From: an uncultured Verrucomicrobiae bacterium
GTDB lineage: Bacteria > Verrucomicrobiota > Verrucomicrobiia > Chthoniobacterales > UBA10450
Assembly (NCBI GenBank): GCA_963735805.1
Contig: CAVTMK010000004.1
Coordinates: 640,001-704,000 of the forward strand
Direction of reading: 5' to 3'
Length of the DNA: 64,000 nucleotides
A program made the translations under genes and the position numbers. Shown piece by piece: positions 29,701-38,519 of this stretch (position 1 is the first letter of the stretch; each line of letters begins with the position of its first letter). A model generated the notes under the pieces. The model worked only from the letters and a program-made list of their open reading frames with translations. It was not told where the DNA came from and searched no databases.

Positions 29701-30021
29701 TGTGTGCAACGCATTGAAGAAGCGAAAATCGCGGCGCTGGCACGCGCTGGCGCTTCTTCGGATACGCTGATCCCGCGCGATTCGTTTACCACGGCGTGCG
29801 CCCAAGCGTGTCCGACGGAGGCGATTGTCTTTGGCGACATTAAAGATCCGCAAAGCCACGTCTCAAAAATGAAGGAACAGGACCGCAATTACCGAATTCT
29901 TGATTATCTGAACGTCGTCCCGCGAGTGAGTTACCTCGCGCGCATTCGTAACCCCAACCCAAAAATGCCGGACGCGAAAAACATCGGAGTCGCAAGCCTG
30001 GTGGAGAAATTGCCGGAATGA
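26704..30021 (+). CDS. actB: ACIII subunit B (molybdopterin-oxidoreductase-like domain fused to an NrfC-like Fe-S domain)
   Basis: YWRSL, Tat motif SRRDFVK followed by lipobox-like LTSC; Fe-S motifs CTGCSACVVAC, CQHCENAPCETVCP, CVGTRFCSNNCP, CSFC...CAQACP; ATGA overlap with actA. Confidence 0.93.
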   Translation: MKRVFKHPPEPPNGKRYWRSLGEYSDSPEFRQWLEREFPQGAAELNGDEWSRRDFVKLMGASMALAGVGLTSCRRPELHLVPFTKNVEWTIPGKFLYYATAMPRRNGAIPLLATTVDGRPIKLEGNPLHPATGGATDTFTQASILDLYDPTRSKRFVRDGKTSKREDFEAYLSDVRNKLLADRGDSVAFLVEETNSPTRERLRAELEKNLPGMRWCVYEPLLSQGSIAATQNAFGAGARLIPKFDRADVILALDSDFLDCGQGDLASVRAFSSRRRVSTPKDSMNRLYVVESRFTLTGAMADHRLRCPASQIAAITHALAAKILAGTSDSSLGSVMGNFQAPPSSSSGAATFDETWISGLANDLMAKPGASLVLVGPSQPVGVQLLAYAINAALKNLGQTLLVRQTPHNPRTIEISQLAADINDGRIKHLFILGGDPVYNAPRGLAQDKQKNLPLDWSELQKRVPEIVRLGYHEDATSALSQWHVPAAHFLESWGDAVTADGEYLSIQPMILPIFGGLSEIEFLNALLGGPKTEGPELIQETFRSTNPAGDFPTAWSRFLHDGFAAHVQPRDQPSAFNANAGTPQNQSPWTLPPAPTPDSPEVVLTASYSMDDGRYANNGWLQELPDPITKLTWDNAALMSPAFSKKLGVSTGDLVQITINEKSEGGQPVRRELVIAALVSPGHAENSVTVPLGYGRKMPELNALPYAGGGLKEEPKIAEQGGFNGYFLRTAANPYFVVAGGQGIESVSVSKVGRAYPFSIMQEQFSIEGRGLVREATLEGYRENNEFAKKIPGEEELSHPPPSIYTHPPLKAPQQWGMSIDLNVCTGCSACVVACQAENNVPVVGKLQVSHGRIMHWLRIDRYYASRKPYNQDRGDWPEDAEIVHQPMPCQHCENAPCETVCPVNATVHSEDGLNVMAYNRCVGTRFCSNNCPYKVRRFNFFDYNQRPVGKRKVAGAFSIFEEYFAPLTVKGAPDTIKMQKNPNVTVRMRGVMEKCSFCVQRIEEAKIAALARAGASSDTLIPRDSFTTACAQACPTEAIVFGDIKDPQSHVSKMKEQDRNYRILDYLNVVPRVSYLARIRNPNPKMPDAKNIGVASLVEKLPE

Positions 30022-30071
30022 ACCAAACCGAAATAACAAAGTTAGGCTTCGATTTGGCGCTCGTACTGGCG

Positions 30072-30187
30072 TGTCCTCGTGAGCGGAGCGAAGGAACTCA
30101 TACAGACTCCGCAACCCACACAAGAGTTCCAGGTATGATGGGTTACCTACTTGGAGGTCTCTCGCCGTCTGCGCGGCTCGGGATAAC
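30072..30187. repeat. GTCAT-type palindromic repeat inside the act operon
   Basis: TGTCCTCGTGAGCGGAGCGAAGG ... GCGGCTCGGGATAAC, a degenerate copy of the 7630 element. Confidence 0.6.
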
Positions 30188-30199
30188 TGAGATCTAAGT

Positions 30200-31648
30200 A
30201 TGGACGCAGCACCAACAGCACCTCAGACCATTAGCGAGACGGAGAAGGAGGTTAGGCGTATCCCGCTTGTTCTGCACCAGCGCAATTTCAGCTGGTTGAC
30301 GGAGCGAATTTCCGGAGTGGTGGAACAACCCGCACCGCGCTGGTGGTGGGTCGCATTTGCCATCACCTCCAGCGTCGCGACGTTCGGTCTTTTTTGCATT
30401 GGCTATCTAATTTCTACCGGTGTTGGGGTGTGGGGAAATAACATTCCCGTCGGATGGGCCTGGGGCATCACAAACTTCGTTTTCTGGATCGGCATTGGAC
30501 ATGCCGGAACGCTGATCTCAGCCATCCTGTACTTACTCCGGCAAAAATGGCGCACGTCGATCAATCGTTCCGCGGAAGCAATGACCCTGTTTGCGGTGAT
30601 TTGTGCGGCGATTTTCCCCGGCATTCACGTCGGCCGATTCTGGATGGCGTGGTACCTGGCGCCGATACCTAACAATTGGGCAATCTGGCAAAATTTCCGC
30701 AGCGCATTGATGTGGGACGTGTTTGCGGTTTCGACCTATTTCACGGTTTCGGTATTGTTTTGGTATACGGGTTTGATTCCGGATTTGGCCACCTTGCGGG
30801 ACCGGGCAACCACAAAGGTTAGGAAGTTTCTTTTCGGAATTTTCGCTTGCGGCTGGCGCGGCTCGAATCGCAACTGGCGTCATTATGAGATGGCGTATCT
30901 GCTATTGGCCGGTCTTTCCACGCCGCTGGTTCTTTCGGTGCACAGCGTGGTATCGTTCGACTTCGCCAGCACACTTTTGCCGACGTGGCACACCACAATT
31001 TTCCCGCCTTACTTCGTTGCCGGTGCGATCTTCGGCGGGTTTGCAATGGTGTTGACCTTGCTTTTGCCAGCGCGCGCAATTTTCAAGCTACACGATGTCA
31101 TCACCCCGCAACACGTCGACAAGATGGCAAAGATCATTTTGTTGACAGGTTCCTTCGTCGCTTACGCGTATTCGATGGAGTTTTTCATTGCTTGGTACAG
31201 CGGCAATTCCTATGAGCGTTTTGCTTTTTGGAACCGGATCTTTGGTCCTTACTGGTGGTACTGGTGGCTCGGCATGCTTTTCTGCAATTGCCTGTCGCCA
31301 CAACTCTTCTGGTTCAAGTGGTGCCGCCGGAATGTGTTCGTCGTCTTTTTTGTGTGCATGTGCGTCAACGCTGGCATGTGGTTTGAGCGCTTTATCATTA
31401 TTGCTGGCGGTTTGATCCGCGATTTTCTGCCGTCGTCCTGGAGGGTGTTTCATCCCACCTGGGTGGATATTTGGACCTACATTGGCACGATCGGGATTTT
31501 CACTTCGCTGTTTCTGATCTTCATCCGTTTTCTGCCGATGATTGCGATGTCAGAGGTGAAAACGGCAGTGCCGGAGGCGGACCCGCATTACGGGCACCCA
31601 CCTGGACCTCAATCTACATCTCCCGGCGCAAAGGAGCGCACACGATGA
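30200..31648 (+). CDS. actC: ACIII NrfD/PsrC-like quinol-binding membrane subunit
   Basis: [59 protein letters not shown]. Confidence 0.95.
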   Translation: MDAAPTAPQTISETEKEVRRIPLVLHQRNFSWLTERISGVVEQPAPRWWWVAFAITSSVATFGLFCIGYLISTGVGVWGNNIPVGWAWGITNFVFWIGIGHAGTLISAILYLLRQKWRTSINRSAEAMTLFAVICAAIFPGIHVGRFWMAWYLAPIPNNWAIWQNFRSALMWDVFAVSTYFTVSVLFWYTGLIPDLATLRDRATTKVRKFLFGIFACGWRGSNRNWRHYEMAYLLLAGLSTPLVLSVHSVVSFDFASTLLPTWHTTIFPPYFVAGAIFGGFAMVLTLLLPARAIFKLHDVITPQHVDKMAKIILLTGSFVAYAYSMEFFIAWYSGNSYERFAFWNRIFGPYWWYWWLGMLFCNCLSPQLFWFKWCRRNVFVVFFVCMCVNAGMWFERFIIIAGGLIRDFLPSSWRVFHPTWVDIWTYIGTIGIFTSLFLIFIRFLPMIAMSEVKTAVPEADPHYGHPPGPQSTSPGAKERTR

Positions 31649-32202
31649 TGAGGACTCCTGCCGGCCACAAGGTGTACGCCATGGCTGCGGAATATTCTAG
31701 CGCGGCAGCTCTTTACGAAGCAGCCAAACAAGTTCGTGATTCCGGCTTCAAGCGCTGGGACGTTTATTCTCCGTTTCCGATTCACGGAATGGATGAGGCA
31801 ATGGGCCTGGGTAAATCGTGGTTGAGCGGGTGGGTTTTGTTCGGGGGCGTCACTGGCTTTCTAACGGCTGCTGTCGTCGAATTTGGGCCGTCTTCGATTC
31901 TCTACAAGCTCGATGTGCACGGCAAGCCGTGGAATTTTTGGACCGTACCTGCGTTCTTTCCTATCATGTTTGAACTAACGGTTCTTTTCGGGGCGTTCGC
32001 CGCATTCTTCTCGCTGCTTGGCATGAATGGATTGCCCCGCTGGTACCACCCAATGTTCAATTGGGAGCGATTTAGTCGCGTAAGCAACGACGGATTCTTT
32101 CTGGCAATCGAATCGCGTGATCCACGGTTCACTGAGAACGGTGTTCGCGAATTATTGGAAAAGACCGGCGGCGAACACATCACCATTGTGCACGAGGACT
32201 GA
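31645..32202 (+). CDS. actD: ACIII subunit D (DUF3341)
   Basis: [34 protein letters not shown] overlap with actC. Confidence 0.92.
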   Translation: MMRTPAGHKVYAMAAEYSSAAALYEAAKQVRDSGFKRWDVYSPFPIHGMDEAMGLGKSWLSGWVLFGGVTGFLTAAVVEFGPSSILYKLDVHGKPWNFWTVPAFFPIMFELTVLFGAFAAFFSLLGMNGLPRWYHPMFNWERFSRVSNDGFFLAIESRDPRFTENGVRELLEKTGGEHITIVHED

Positions 32203-32205
32203 AAT

Positions 32206-32949
32206 ATGCTGCGCGGATTTCTTGTCATTTTTATTCTGTCCGGCATCGCGATCCTCGCCGTCTTTGGATTTCGTGGCCGGAAGAGCACGGAGCCGCCGAG
32301 CGAGGTTTTCCCCGATATGGTCCGACAAATGAAGGTTCGTGCACAGGCACCGCTCGATCTTTTTGCAGACGGACGTGGACCAAGGCTGCCGGTCGCAGGC
32401 ACGGTTCCCATTGGCTACGAAATGCCAAAACCCGGCATTGTAGCTGGGACAACCGCTGCCAGCCTGCCGGGGTCAGCGACCCCGGCTACAGGACCCTGGT
32501 CGCATCCCAATATTGGTTTTAGCGAGGGCACTGATTATTACAACACAGGTAAGATGGGAGATCACTGGGGAACGGGCATTCCGGTCCCAGTTACGTCCGA
32601 GCTGATGGAACGCGGGCAACAGCGCTTCAACATTACGTGCGCGATGTGTCACGGCGCCACCGCTGCAGGTAACGGGATCACAAAACAGTACGGACTTGCA
32701 ACTGTCATTTCGCTTCAGGACGAACGGATCCGCAAGATGTCCGACGGCGAAATTTTCAACACGATCACCAACGGTAAAAACACGATGATGCCTTACGGGC
32801 CGAACATCATTGTGCCCGATCGTTGGGCGATTATCGCCTACCTGCGCGCGTTACAACGCAGCCAGAACGCAACGACAGCAGACGTTCCCGAGGATCGGCG
32901 CGCAGAATTAGACAAACCGGCGCCATCGCCACCGGCTACACCAAAATGA
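32206..32949 (+). CDS. actE: ACIII monoheme cytochrome c subunit
   Basis: PDMVRQ, RGQQRFNITCAMCHG, MMPYG, DRWAIIAYLRALQ. Confidence 0.92.
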   Translation: MLRGFLVIFILSGIAILAVFGFRGRKSTEPPSEVFPDMVRQMKVRAQAPLDLFADGRGPRLPVAGTVPIGYEMPKPGIVAGTTAASLPGSATPATGPWSHPNIGFSEGTDYYNTGKMGDHWGTGIPVPVTSELMERGQQRFNITCAMCHGATAAGNGITKQYGLATVISLQDERIRKMSDGEIFNTITNGKNTMMPYGPNIIVPDRWAIIAYLRALQRSQNATTADVPEDRRAELDKPAPSPPATPK

Positions 32950-34148
32950 GCGAACGTTCTCACACTGCCCCAACACCCGAAGGCGAATATTTCGAGAGCA
33001 GCCGCTTTGCCGGACTTTCGTCGCTTCTGGGATTGATTGCCATCGTGGCGCTGGTGCTTTGCGTCGTAGGCGCGTTTCTTAATCCGCACCAATTCAGTTA
33101 TTCGTGGCTCTTTGCGTTCGCATTCTACTTCACGCTTTGCGCCGGCTGCTTTTTCTGGACGATTGTGCATCACGCTACGGACGCCAACTGGACGGTAGTT
33201 GTCCGGCGTCAGTTGGAGAATATTGGGGCGTTGCTGGTGGCGCTGGCGATTCTTTTTGTGCCGATCCTTCTCCTTCGACGCCATCTCTATTCGTGGATGG
33301 ATATCCCGCCCGGTGTGCAACCTTCGCTAGATGCGAAGCGTGCTTATCTCAATTGGGATTTCTTCCTGATCCGCGCTGTCGTGTTCCTCGGCTTTTTTCT
33401 TTGCGCGGCGCTGGTTTTACGCCGCTTATCCGTGAAACAAGACAAGGATGGAAATCCGCGCTTCACAATCTTAATGCGCAAGGTGGCGTTTATCAGCCTG
33501 CCAATGTTTGCGCTTTGTCTGACCTTTGGCGCGTTCGACTGGCTGATGAGCCTGAACTATCACTGGTTCTCCACGATGTTTGGCGTGTACATCTTCGCCG
33601 GCGCAGCGGGGAGTTCGATGTCACTGCTGGTACTGGTCATCACAGCCTTACGACGGGCTGGCTATTTGAAGGATATCGTCACGCTCGAGCATTACCACAT
33701 AATGGGGAAATGGATGCTGGCTTTCACAATTTTCTGGGCATACATCGGGTTCGGCCAGTACATGCTCATCTGGTACGCGAACATCCCGGAGGAGACAGAA
33801 TTCTTTATTACCCGGAACACTGAATCGTGGTGGGCGCTGAGTATGCTGCTGGTTGTCGGACGGTTCTTTATTTGTTTTGGGATTCTTCTCTTGCAGTCCG
33901 TCAAAAAGGAGCCGCGGCGTCTTTGCTGGATCGCTGGATGGATTGTCTGTATGCAACTCTTGGACGTGTACATCATTGTGTTGCCGGCGTTACACGGCAC
34001 CGGGGTGCACGTAAGTATCTGGGATTTGGTTTCAGTGATCGCCATCGGCGCGACGCTCGGTTTTGTTTATCTGCGAATCGTGCCTCGAACGTCTCTCTTT
34101 CCAGTACGCGACCCGCGTCTGATTGAATCTTTGAACCTGGTGAACTGA
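32946..34148 (+). CDS. actF: ACIII subunit F (ActC paralogous membrane subunit)
   Basis: DWLMSL...WFSTMFG, FWAYIGFGQYMLIWYANIPEET; start at ATG 32946 overlapping the actE stop. Confidence 0.92.
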   Translation: MSERSHTAPTPEGEYFESSRFAGLSSLLGLIAIVALVLCVVGAFLNPHQFSYSWLFAFAFYFTLCAGCFFWTIVHHATDANWTVVVRRQLENIGALLVALAILFVPILLLRRHLYSWMDIPPGVQPSLDAKRAYLNWDFFLIRAVVFLGFFLCAALVLRRLSVKQDKDGNPRFTILMRKVAFISLPMFALCLTFGAFDWLMSLNYHWFSTMFGVYIFAGAAGSSMSLLVLVITALRRAGYLKDIVTLEHYHIMGKWMLAFTIFWAYIGFGQYMLIWYANIPEETEFFITRNTESWWALSMLLVVGRFFICFGILLLQSVKKEPRRLCWIAGWIVCMQLLDVYIIVLPALHGTGVHVSIWDLVSVIAIGATLGFVYLRIVPRTSLFPVRDPRLIESLNLVN

Positions 34149-34149
34149 T

Positions 34150-34656
34150 ATGGCTGGTACTGAATCACTCCGCCAGGTTGCCCATGCGCGTGCTCCATGG
34201 TCGGCGTGGTTTGCGATCGTGCTGCTCTTTGCGCTTTTTGGTGTGATCGTGCTCGCGATCATCGGACCGTCGCCCCGTGGAAGCGATTACGAAGAAACCC
34301 GGGCGAAAAAGCGTGTCGAAAATTTGAAGACGTTGCGCGAGGAAGCCGACAAGTCTTTGACGACTTATGGCTGGATCGACAAAAACAAAGGCGTCGCTCG
34401 CATCCCTATCGCGCGTGCAATGGAATTGACAGTCGTCGACCTGGCAAAGAAAAAGCCGGCGCCGGCAGGTCCGATCGCTACGCCGGAACCGCAAACAACA
34501 GCGGGCACGGCTGGGAGTCCGGCTGCGGGCTCTTCAGCATCGGCTGGTGCGTCGCCTGCGGCTTCGCCGTCCACGCAAGCGCCAGCCTCGCCCTCACCAG
34601 CAGTTCAGTCGTCATCACCAGCGCCTGCTTCACCCAGTCCCACGAAAAGTCCCTGA
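34150..34656 (+). CDS. actG: ACIII small membrane subunit G-like with Pro/Ser/Ala tail
   Basis: Single TM and LTTYGWIDKNKGVARIPIARAM motif; position directly after actF. Confidence 0.7.
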   Translation: MAGTESLRQVAHARAPWSAWFAIVLLFALFGVIVLAIIGPSPRGSDYEETRAKKRVENLKTLREEADKSLTTYGWIDKNKGVARIPIARAMELTVVDLAKKKPAPAGPIATPEPQTTAGTAGSPAAGSSASAGASPAASPSTQAPASPSPAVQSSSPAPASPSPTKSP

Positions 34657-34697
34657 CCGTTCTTAATTTTTTCAATGTTTCAACGCTTTTATAATCA

Positions 34698-36179
34698 ATG
34701 AATCCTGCCGGAATCCCACTTAAGGAGCCGTCTGTTTCCGTCGCCGCGGGTGACACCGAACAATTGGAACGCGCCCTGATCGATGCGTCTACGCGCGTGC
34801 CGGTGCTGATATTTTACACTTCGGCAGTGGCATGGCTGATTCTTGGCACGCTGCTTGCCGGCTTCGTTTCGTTCAAGCTGCACACGCCGGATTTGCTTTC
34901 TGACATCAGTTTCCTCACCTGGGGACGCGTGCGCCCAGCCCACATGAACGTAATGGTGTACGGCTGGGCATCCATGGCTGGCATGGGCACGGCAATTTGG
35001 CTGATGGCGCGGTTGTGCCGGACAGTGCTGCGTTATCCGCTGCTGCTGGTTGCGGGCGCCGGATTCTGGAACCTGGGAGTAATGCTGGGCGTGGGCGGAA
35101 TTTTCCTTGGCGATAGCACGGGTTACCAATGGCTGGAGTTCCCCAGCTATGCGGCAATTATTCTTTTTGTCGCGTATACGCTTGTTGCTTCCTGGGCCGT
35201 TCTAATGTTTCGGTTTCGTCGCGGCGAACAAATTTATATCTCGCAGTGGTATTTGCTTGGCGCGTTCCTTTGGTTCCCGTGGCTTTACGCGGCTGGCCAA
35301 CTAATGCTTTTCGTCGTCCCGGTGCAGGGCGTTTTGCAGGCAGCGGTCGGTTGGTGGTACGCAAACAATCTGCTCTTTCTCTGGTTCGGCGCGATCGGTC
35401 TCGGCACTGCGTATTACATGATTCCGAAGGTGATCGGCCGCCCGGTTTACAGTTACCACTTGGCCACAATCGGTTTCTGGACTTACGCACTGTTCTCGAG
35501 CTGGACTGGAATGCAGCGCCTTGTTGATGGACCGTTCCCAGCCTGGATGGTCACAGCTAGCATCGCGGCCACAATCCTCACCCTGATTCCAGTCGCCACA
35601 GTCGGGCTTAATCATCACATGACTATGCAAGGCTATTTCCCGCTGATGCGCTACAGCCCGACGCTTCGTTTTACCGTATTCGGTGCGATGTCTTACACCG
35701 TCTTTAGTCTGGTGGGTGTTGTGATCTCACTGCGTTCGGTCGCCCGCTATGTGAATTTTACGCAGGCGAGCATTGCTTATTCGCATCTCGGTCTTTACGC
35801 ATTTTTCACGATGGTGATTTTCGGCTCGATGTACTACATCGTGCCACGACTGATTGGGCGCGAGTGGCGCTATGCATCGCTGATTAAACTGCACTTCTGG
35901 GCATCGGCCTACGGAATTGGGCTGATGACGCTCATGCTTCTCGCCGGCGGCCTTACTCAAGGCACAAGCATGGAAAATCCCTCGCTCGCCTTCAGCGAGA
36001 GTGTGGAATCGGTGCTGCCCTACCTCCGCGGACGCAGCTTGTCGGGGATCTTGCTGACAGTTTCGCATTTCATCTTTGCATATCACTTTGGATTGATGCT
36101 GTTCGGCCTGGGCCGTAAAGCGACGGTGCCGACATTTCTTAACCCAGTTGAAGCGGAGGGGGCTGAACCGGCTCACTAA
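34698..36179 (+). CDS. cbb3-type subunit I (CcoN) homologue lacking binuclear-centre ligands
   Basis: C-family scaffold (WGRVRPAH, YYMIPKVIGRPVYSY, YYIVPRL, HFW), but WWYANN, WTGMQR and IAYSH replace WWYGHN, WAGPHH and IGHVH. Confidence 0.88.
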   Translation: MNPAGIPLKEPSVSVAAGDTEQLERALIDASTRVPVLIFYTSAVAWLILGTLLAGFVSFKLHTPDLLSDISFLTWGRVRPAHMNVMVYGWASMAGMGTAIWLMARLCRTVLRYPLLLVAGAGFWNLGVMLGVGGIFLGDSTGYQWLEFPSYAAIILFVAYTLVASWAVLMFRFRRGEQIYISQWYLLGAFLWFPWLYAAGQLMLFVVPVQGVLQAAVGWWYANNLLFLWFGAIGLGTAYYMIPKVIGRPVYSYHLATIGFWTYALFSSWTGMQRLVDGPFPAWMVTASIAATILTLIPVATVGLNHHMTMQGYFPLMRYSPTLRFTVFGAMSYTVFSLVGVVISLRSVARYVNFTQASIAYSHLGLYAFFTMVIFGSMYYIVPRLIGREWRYASLIKLHFWASAYGIGLMTLMLLAGGLTQGTSMENPSLAFSESVESVLPYLRGRSLSGILLTVSHFIFAYHFGLMLFGLGRKATVPTFLNPVEAEGAEPAH

Positions 36180-37192
36180 TGAAAGGGCTCATTCCTCTTT
36201 TTCTCGGAATTTTCGGGACGTTTGCGTTTTCCTGGGTGGGATTGACGGTGATCCCCAATTGGCAAATCGGACACCTCAATCCCCAATCTGACGAGGAAGG
36301 CACAGACATCTATCCGATGCCACAATCGGGAATGGTCACGCGCGGTGCGCGCGTTTACGCTGCGAACGGCTGTGTCTATTGCCACAGCGAGCAAGTCCGC
36401 GCCGAGTATTCTGGCGCTGATATCGAACGAAAATGGGGTGACCGCCGGAGCGCACCACGCGATTACGTTTTCGAGAGACCGGTTTTTCTTGGGAAGATGC
36501 GAATGGGACAGGACCTTGCGAACATCGGTGCTCGAGCCCCAGCAGAGCAGGAAAGTCCTTCGCCGGCCGCAAGCGGAAATTCTGCGCCGTCACCAACTGG
36601 CGCAGCTCAAAGCCCATCACCGTCAACCGCTCAGACGAACACCCGGCCCGCACAACCGCCAGGATCTGCGGCACCTCAACAGCAACCAGCAGCTTCTCCG
36701 ACGACGTCACCAAATTCTTCTCCATCTGGGTCACCTGCGGTCGCGGGTCCGAGGACAGGCATTGCCTCTCCGTCTCCAGGAGCGGCGTCTCCTGCAGCTG
36801 CAAGTCCGGGTGCACCGCCTTTGGCGGGACCGCCATGGCCAGAGCAGACCGCGGGTCTTCCACCAATGTACTCGGCCGCATGGCATCATGTGCATCTGTA
36901 TTCGCCGCGCAGCATCAACTTCGATTCGAACATGCCGTCCTATCGTTTTCTTTACCGAACTCGCCGTATCAGCGATGCGCGTTCATCAGACGCTTTGCAA
37001 CTCACCGGTTCCGACGCGCCTCCACAAGGTTGGGAAATTGTTCCGACTTACGATGCGAGATGTCTTGTGGCTTACATGATGTCGCTTAATCAATCACATC
37101 CGTTGAAGGGAGTCAGGTCGTCCGGCGCGGCAGCAGGCGCGTCGACAGCGGCTTCACCTTCGCCTGCGTCTGGAGGACAACCAGCAAAATGA
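36179..37192 (+). CDS. cbb3-type subunit II (CcoO)-like monoheme cytochrome c with large low-complexity insertion
   Basis: G..VY..NGCVYCHSEQVR, RMGQDLANIGAR, then WHHVHLYSPRS...SNMPSY after a 111 aa P/S/A insert. Confidence 0.85.
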   Translation: MKGLIPLFLGIFGTFAFSWVGLTVIPNWQIGHLNPQSDEEGTDIYPMPQSGMVTRGARVYAANGCVYCHSEQVRAEYSGADIERKWGDRRSAPRDYVFERPVFLGKMRMGQDLANIGARAPAEQESPSPAASGNSAPSPTGAAQSPSPSTAQTNTRPAQPPGSAAPQQQPAASPTTSPNSSPSGSPAVAGPRTGIASPSPGAASPAAASPGAPPLAGPPWPEQTAGLPPMYSAAWHHVHLYSPRSINFDSNMPSYRFLYRTRRISDARSSDALQLTGSDAPPQGWEIVPTYDARCLVAYMMSLNQSHPLKGVRSSGAAAGASTAASPSPASGGQPAK

Positions 37193-37968
37193 ACGAGGAC
37201 GCACCAGCACCTGAGCCGCGTTCCAGCCAGGGGATGGATTACAGCGAAATCGCCGACGTCCAGGAAGTCCATGCAGCGGTGCAGCGCGAAAAACGCGAAC
37301 CGCGCGTGGGTCGCGAACCGCTCTCCATCTGGTTGATCGCAGTGTACGGACTGGCAGTATTTTTTGGAGGCGCTTATCTGGGTCGTTTCTCTGGAAATTT
37401 CAGCGGCGAAGCGCTTGATCCGTACGGCGGCGAAATACCCACGATGAAGAAAGTTACCGGTCCGCAAGGCGCTGAACAAGCCGCAGAACTTTCACCGCAC
37501 GATCGCGGGAAGAAAGTCTTCTCAGCTAATTGTCAAACGTGTCACCAAGCCAACGGTCTCGGCGTGGCAGGTCAGTATCCTCCGTTGGCAGGCTCTGAAT
37601 TTACGACAGGCGGATCGCACCGGATGGCGATGATCGTGCTCAAAGGTCTCCAGGGCCCGGTCAAAGTGAAGGGCCAGCAGTTTGGCTCGGCCGTGATGCA
37701 GCCCTGGGACAAAACATTGACCGATCAAAAGCTTGCCGACGTTATCACATATGAGCGAAGCGAGTGGGGGAATAACGCGAGTCCTGTTACCGCCGAACAA
37801 ATTGCCGCGTTACGCAAAGAACTCGCAAGTCATCCAAATTCATTTACTGAACCTGAGCTTCTTGCAGCCCCCGACGAAGATCTTCCCGGTGGCGCTCCGC
37901 CGGGTGCCGCACCCTCTAAACCGGGCGAAGCAGCAAAGCCTGGCGAACCCCCGAAGCCAAAAGGATAG
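37189..37968 (+). CDS. Membrane-anchored monoheme cytochrome c
   Basis: One TM, CQTCH, YPPLAGS, axial Met in MQPW; ATGA overlap with the ccoO-like gene. Confidence 0.88.
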   Translation: MNEDAPAPEPRSSQGMDYSEIADVQEVHAAVQREKREPRVGREPLSIWLIAVYGLAVFFGGAYLGRFSGNFSGEALDPYGGEIPTMKKVTGPQGAEQAAELSPHDRGKKVFSANCQTCHQANGLGVAGQYPPLAGSEFTTGGSHRMAMIVLKGLQGPVKVKGQQFGSAVMQPWDKTLTDQKLADVITYERSEWGNNASPVTAEQIAALRKELASHPNSFTEPELLAAPDEDLPGGAPPGAAPSKPGEAAKPGEPPKPKG

Positions 37969-38016
37969 CGTGCAGGAAGTCCGCTTGTTTGATTTGCAGC
38001 CGCGCCTGGAAAGCGT

Positions 38017-38442
38017 CTAGCCTTCTCGATTCGGACTACCGAGGATGTGACTCTTCGGCGGCATCATCACGTTGTCGAAGTTTTGGGTAAACATGGCAGC
38101 CGCGAAGAAAGCGACGGCGCGCAATGTTTCCTTACCGACATTAACAAGGTCGTGCTTTATGGGCGTTGGAATGGCAAAAACACTTCCGGGGCCGACGCGG
38201 TAGGTGTTGCCATCTTCCATATGTAATTCTCCGGTACCGGCAATGATGTACTGTGTCTCTTCGGTAGCGTCAGTGTGCCAGCCGAGACGATGCCCTGGCT
38301 CAATTTCATACACGATTGTCGAAGATGCGGTCGTGCCGTGGCCGCCATACACTGCAAAAGCCCCGGCCCAATGGACTGACTTGTCATCCTCGGCCCAAAC
38401 TTCGGCGCGCTTAAGTTTATCGGATGCAACAACTGGATTCAT
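38017..38442 (-). CDS. Cupin domain protein
   Basis: GWHTDATEETQYIIAGTG ... PGSVFAIPTPIKH. Confidence 0.85.
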   Translation of the reverse strand: MNPVVASDKLKRAEVWAEDDKSVHWAGAFAVYGGHGTTASSTIVYEIEPGHRLGWHTDATEETQYIIAGTGELHMEDGNTYRVGPGSVFAIPTPIKHDLVNVGKETLRAVAFFAAAMFTQNFDNVMMPPKSHILGSPNREG

Positions 38443-38519
38443 GGAGTCGAGGCTAAGATGTGGCCTTGCATAGTCAATAACAGAAACGCTTCTGGCACAT
38501 TACACACCGCGCGTGACCG

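Noticed and set aside
34698..37968. Functional cbb3 oxidase or nitric oxide reductase
   Set aside because: The CuB/FeB histidines and the high-spin heme His are absent, and NORs also require them; no ccoP or ccoGHIS.
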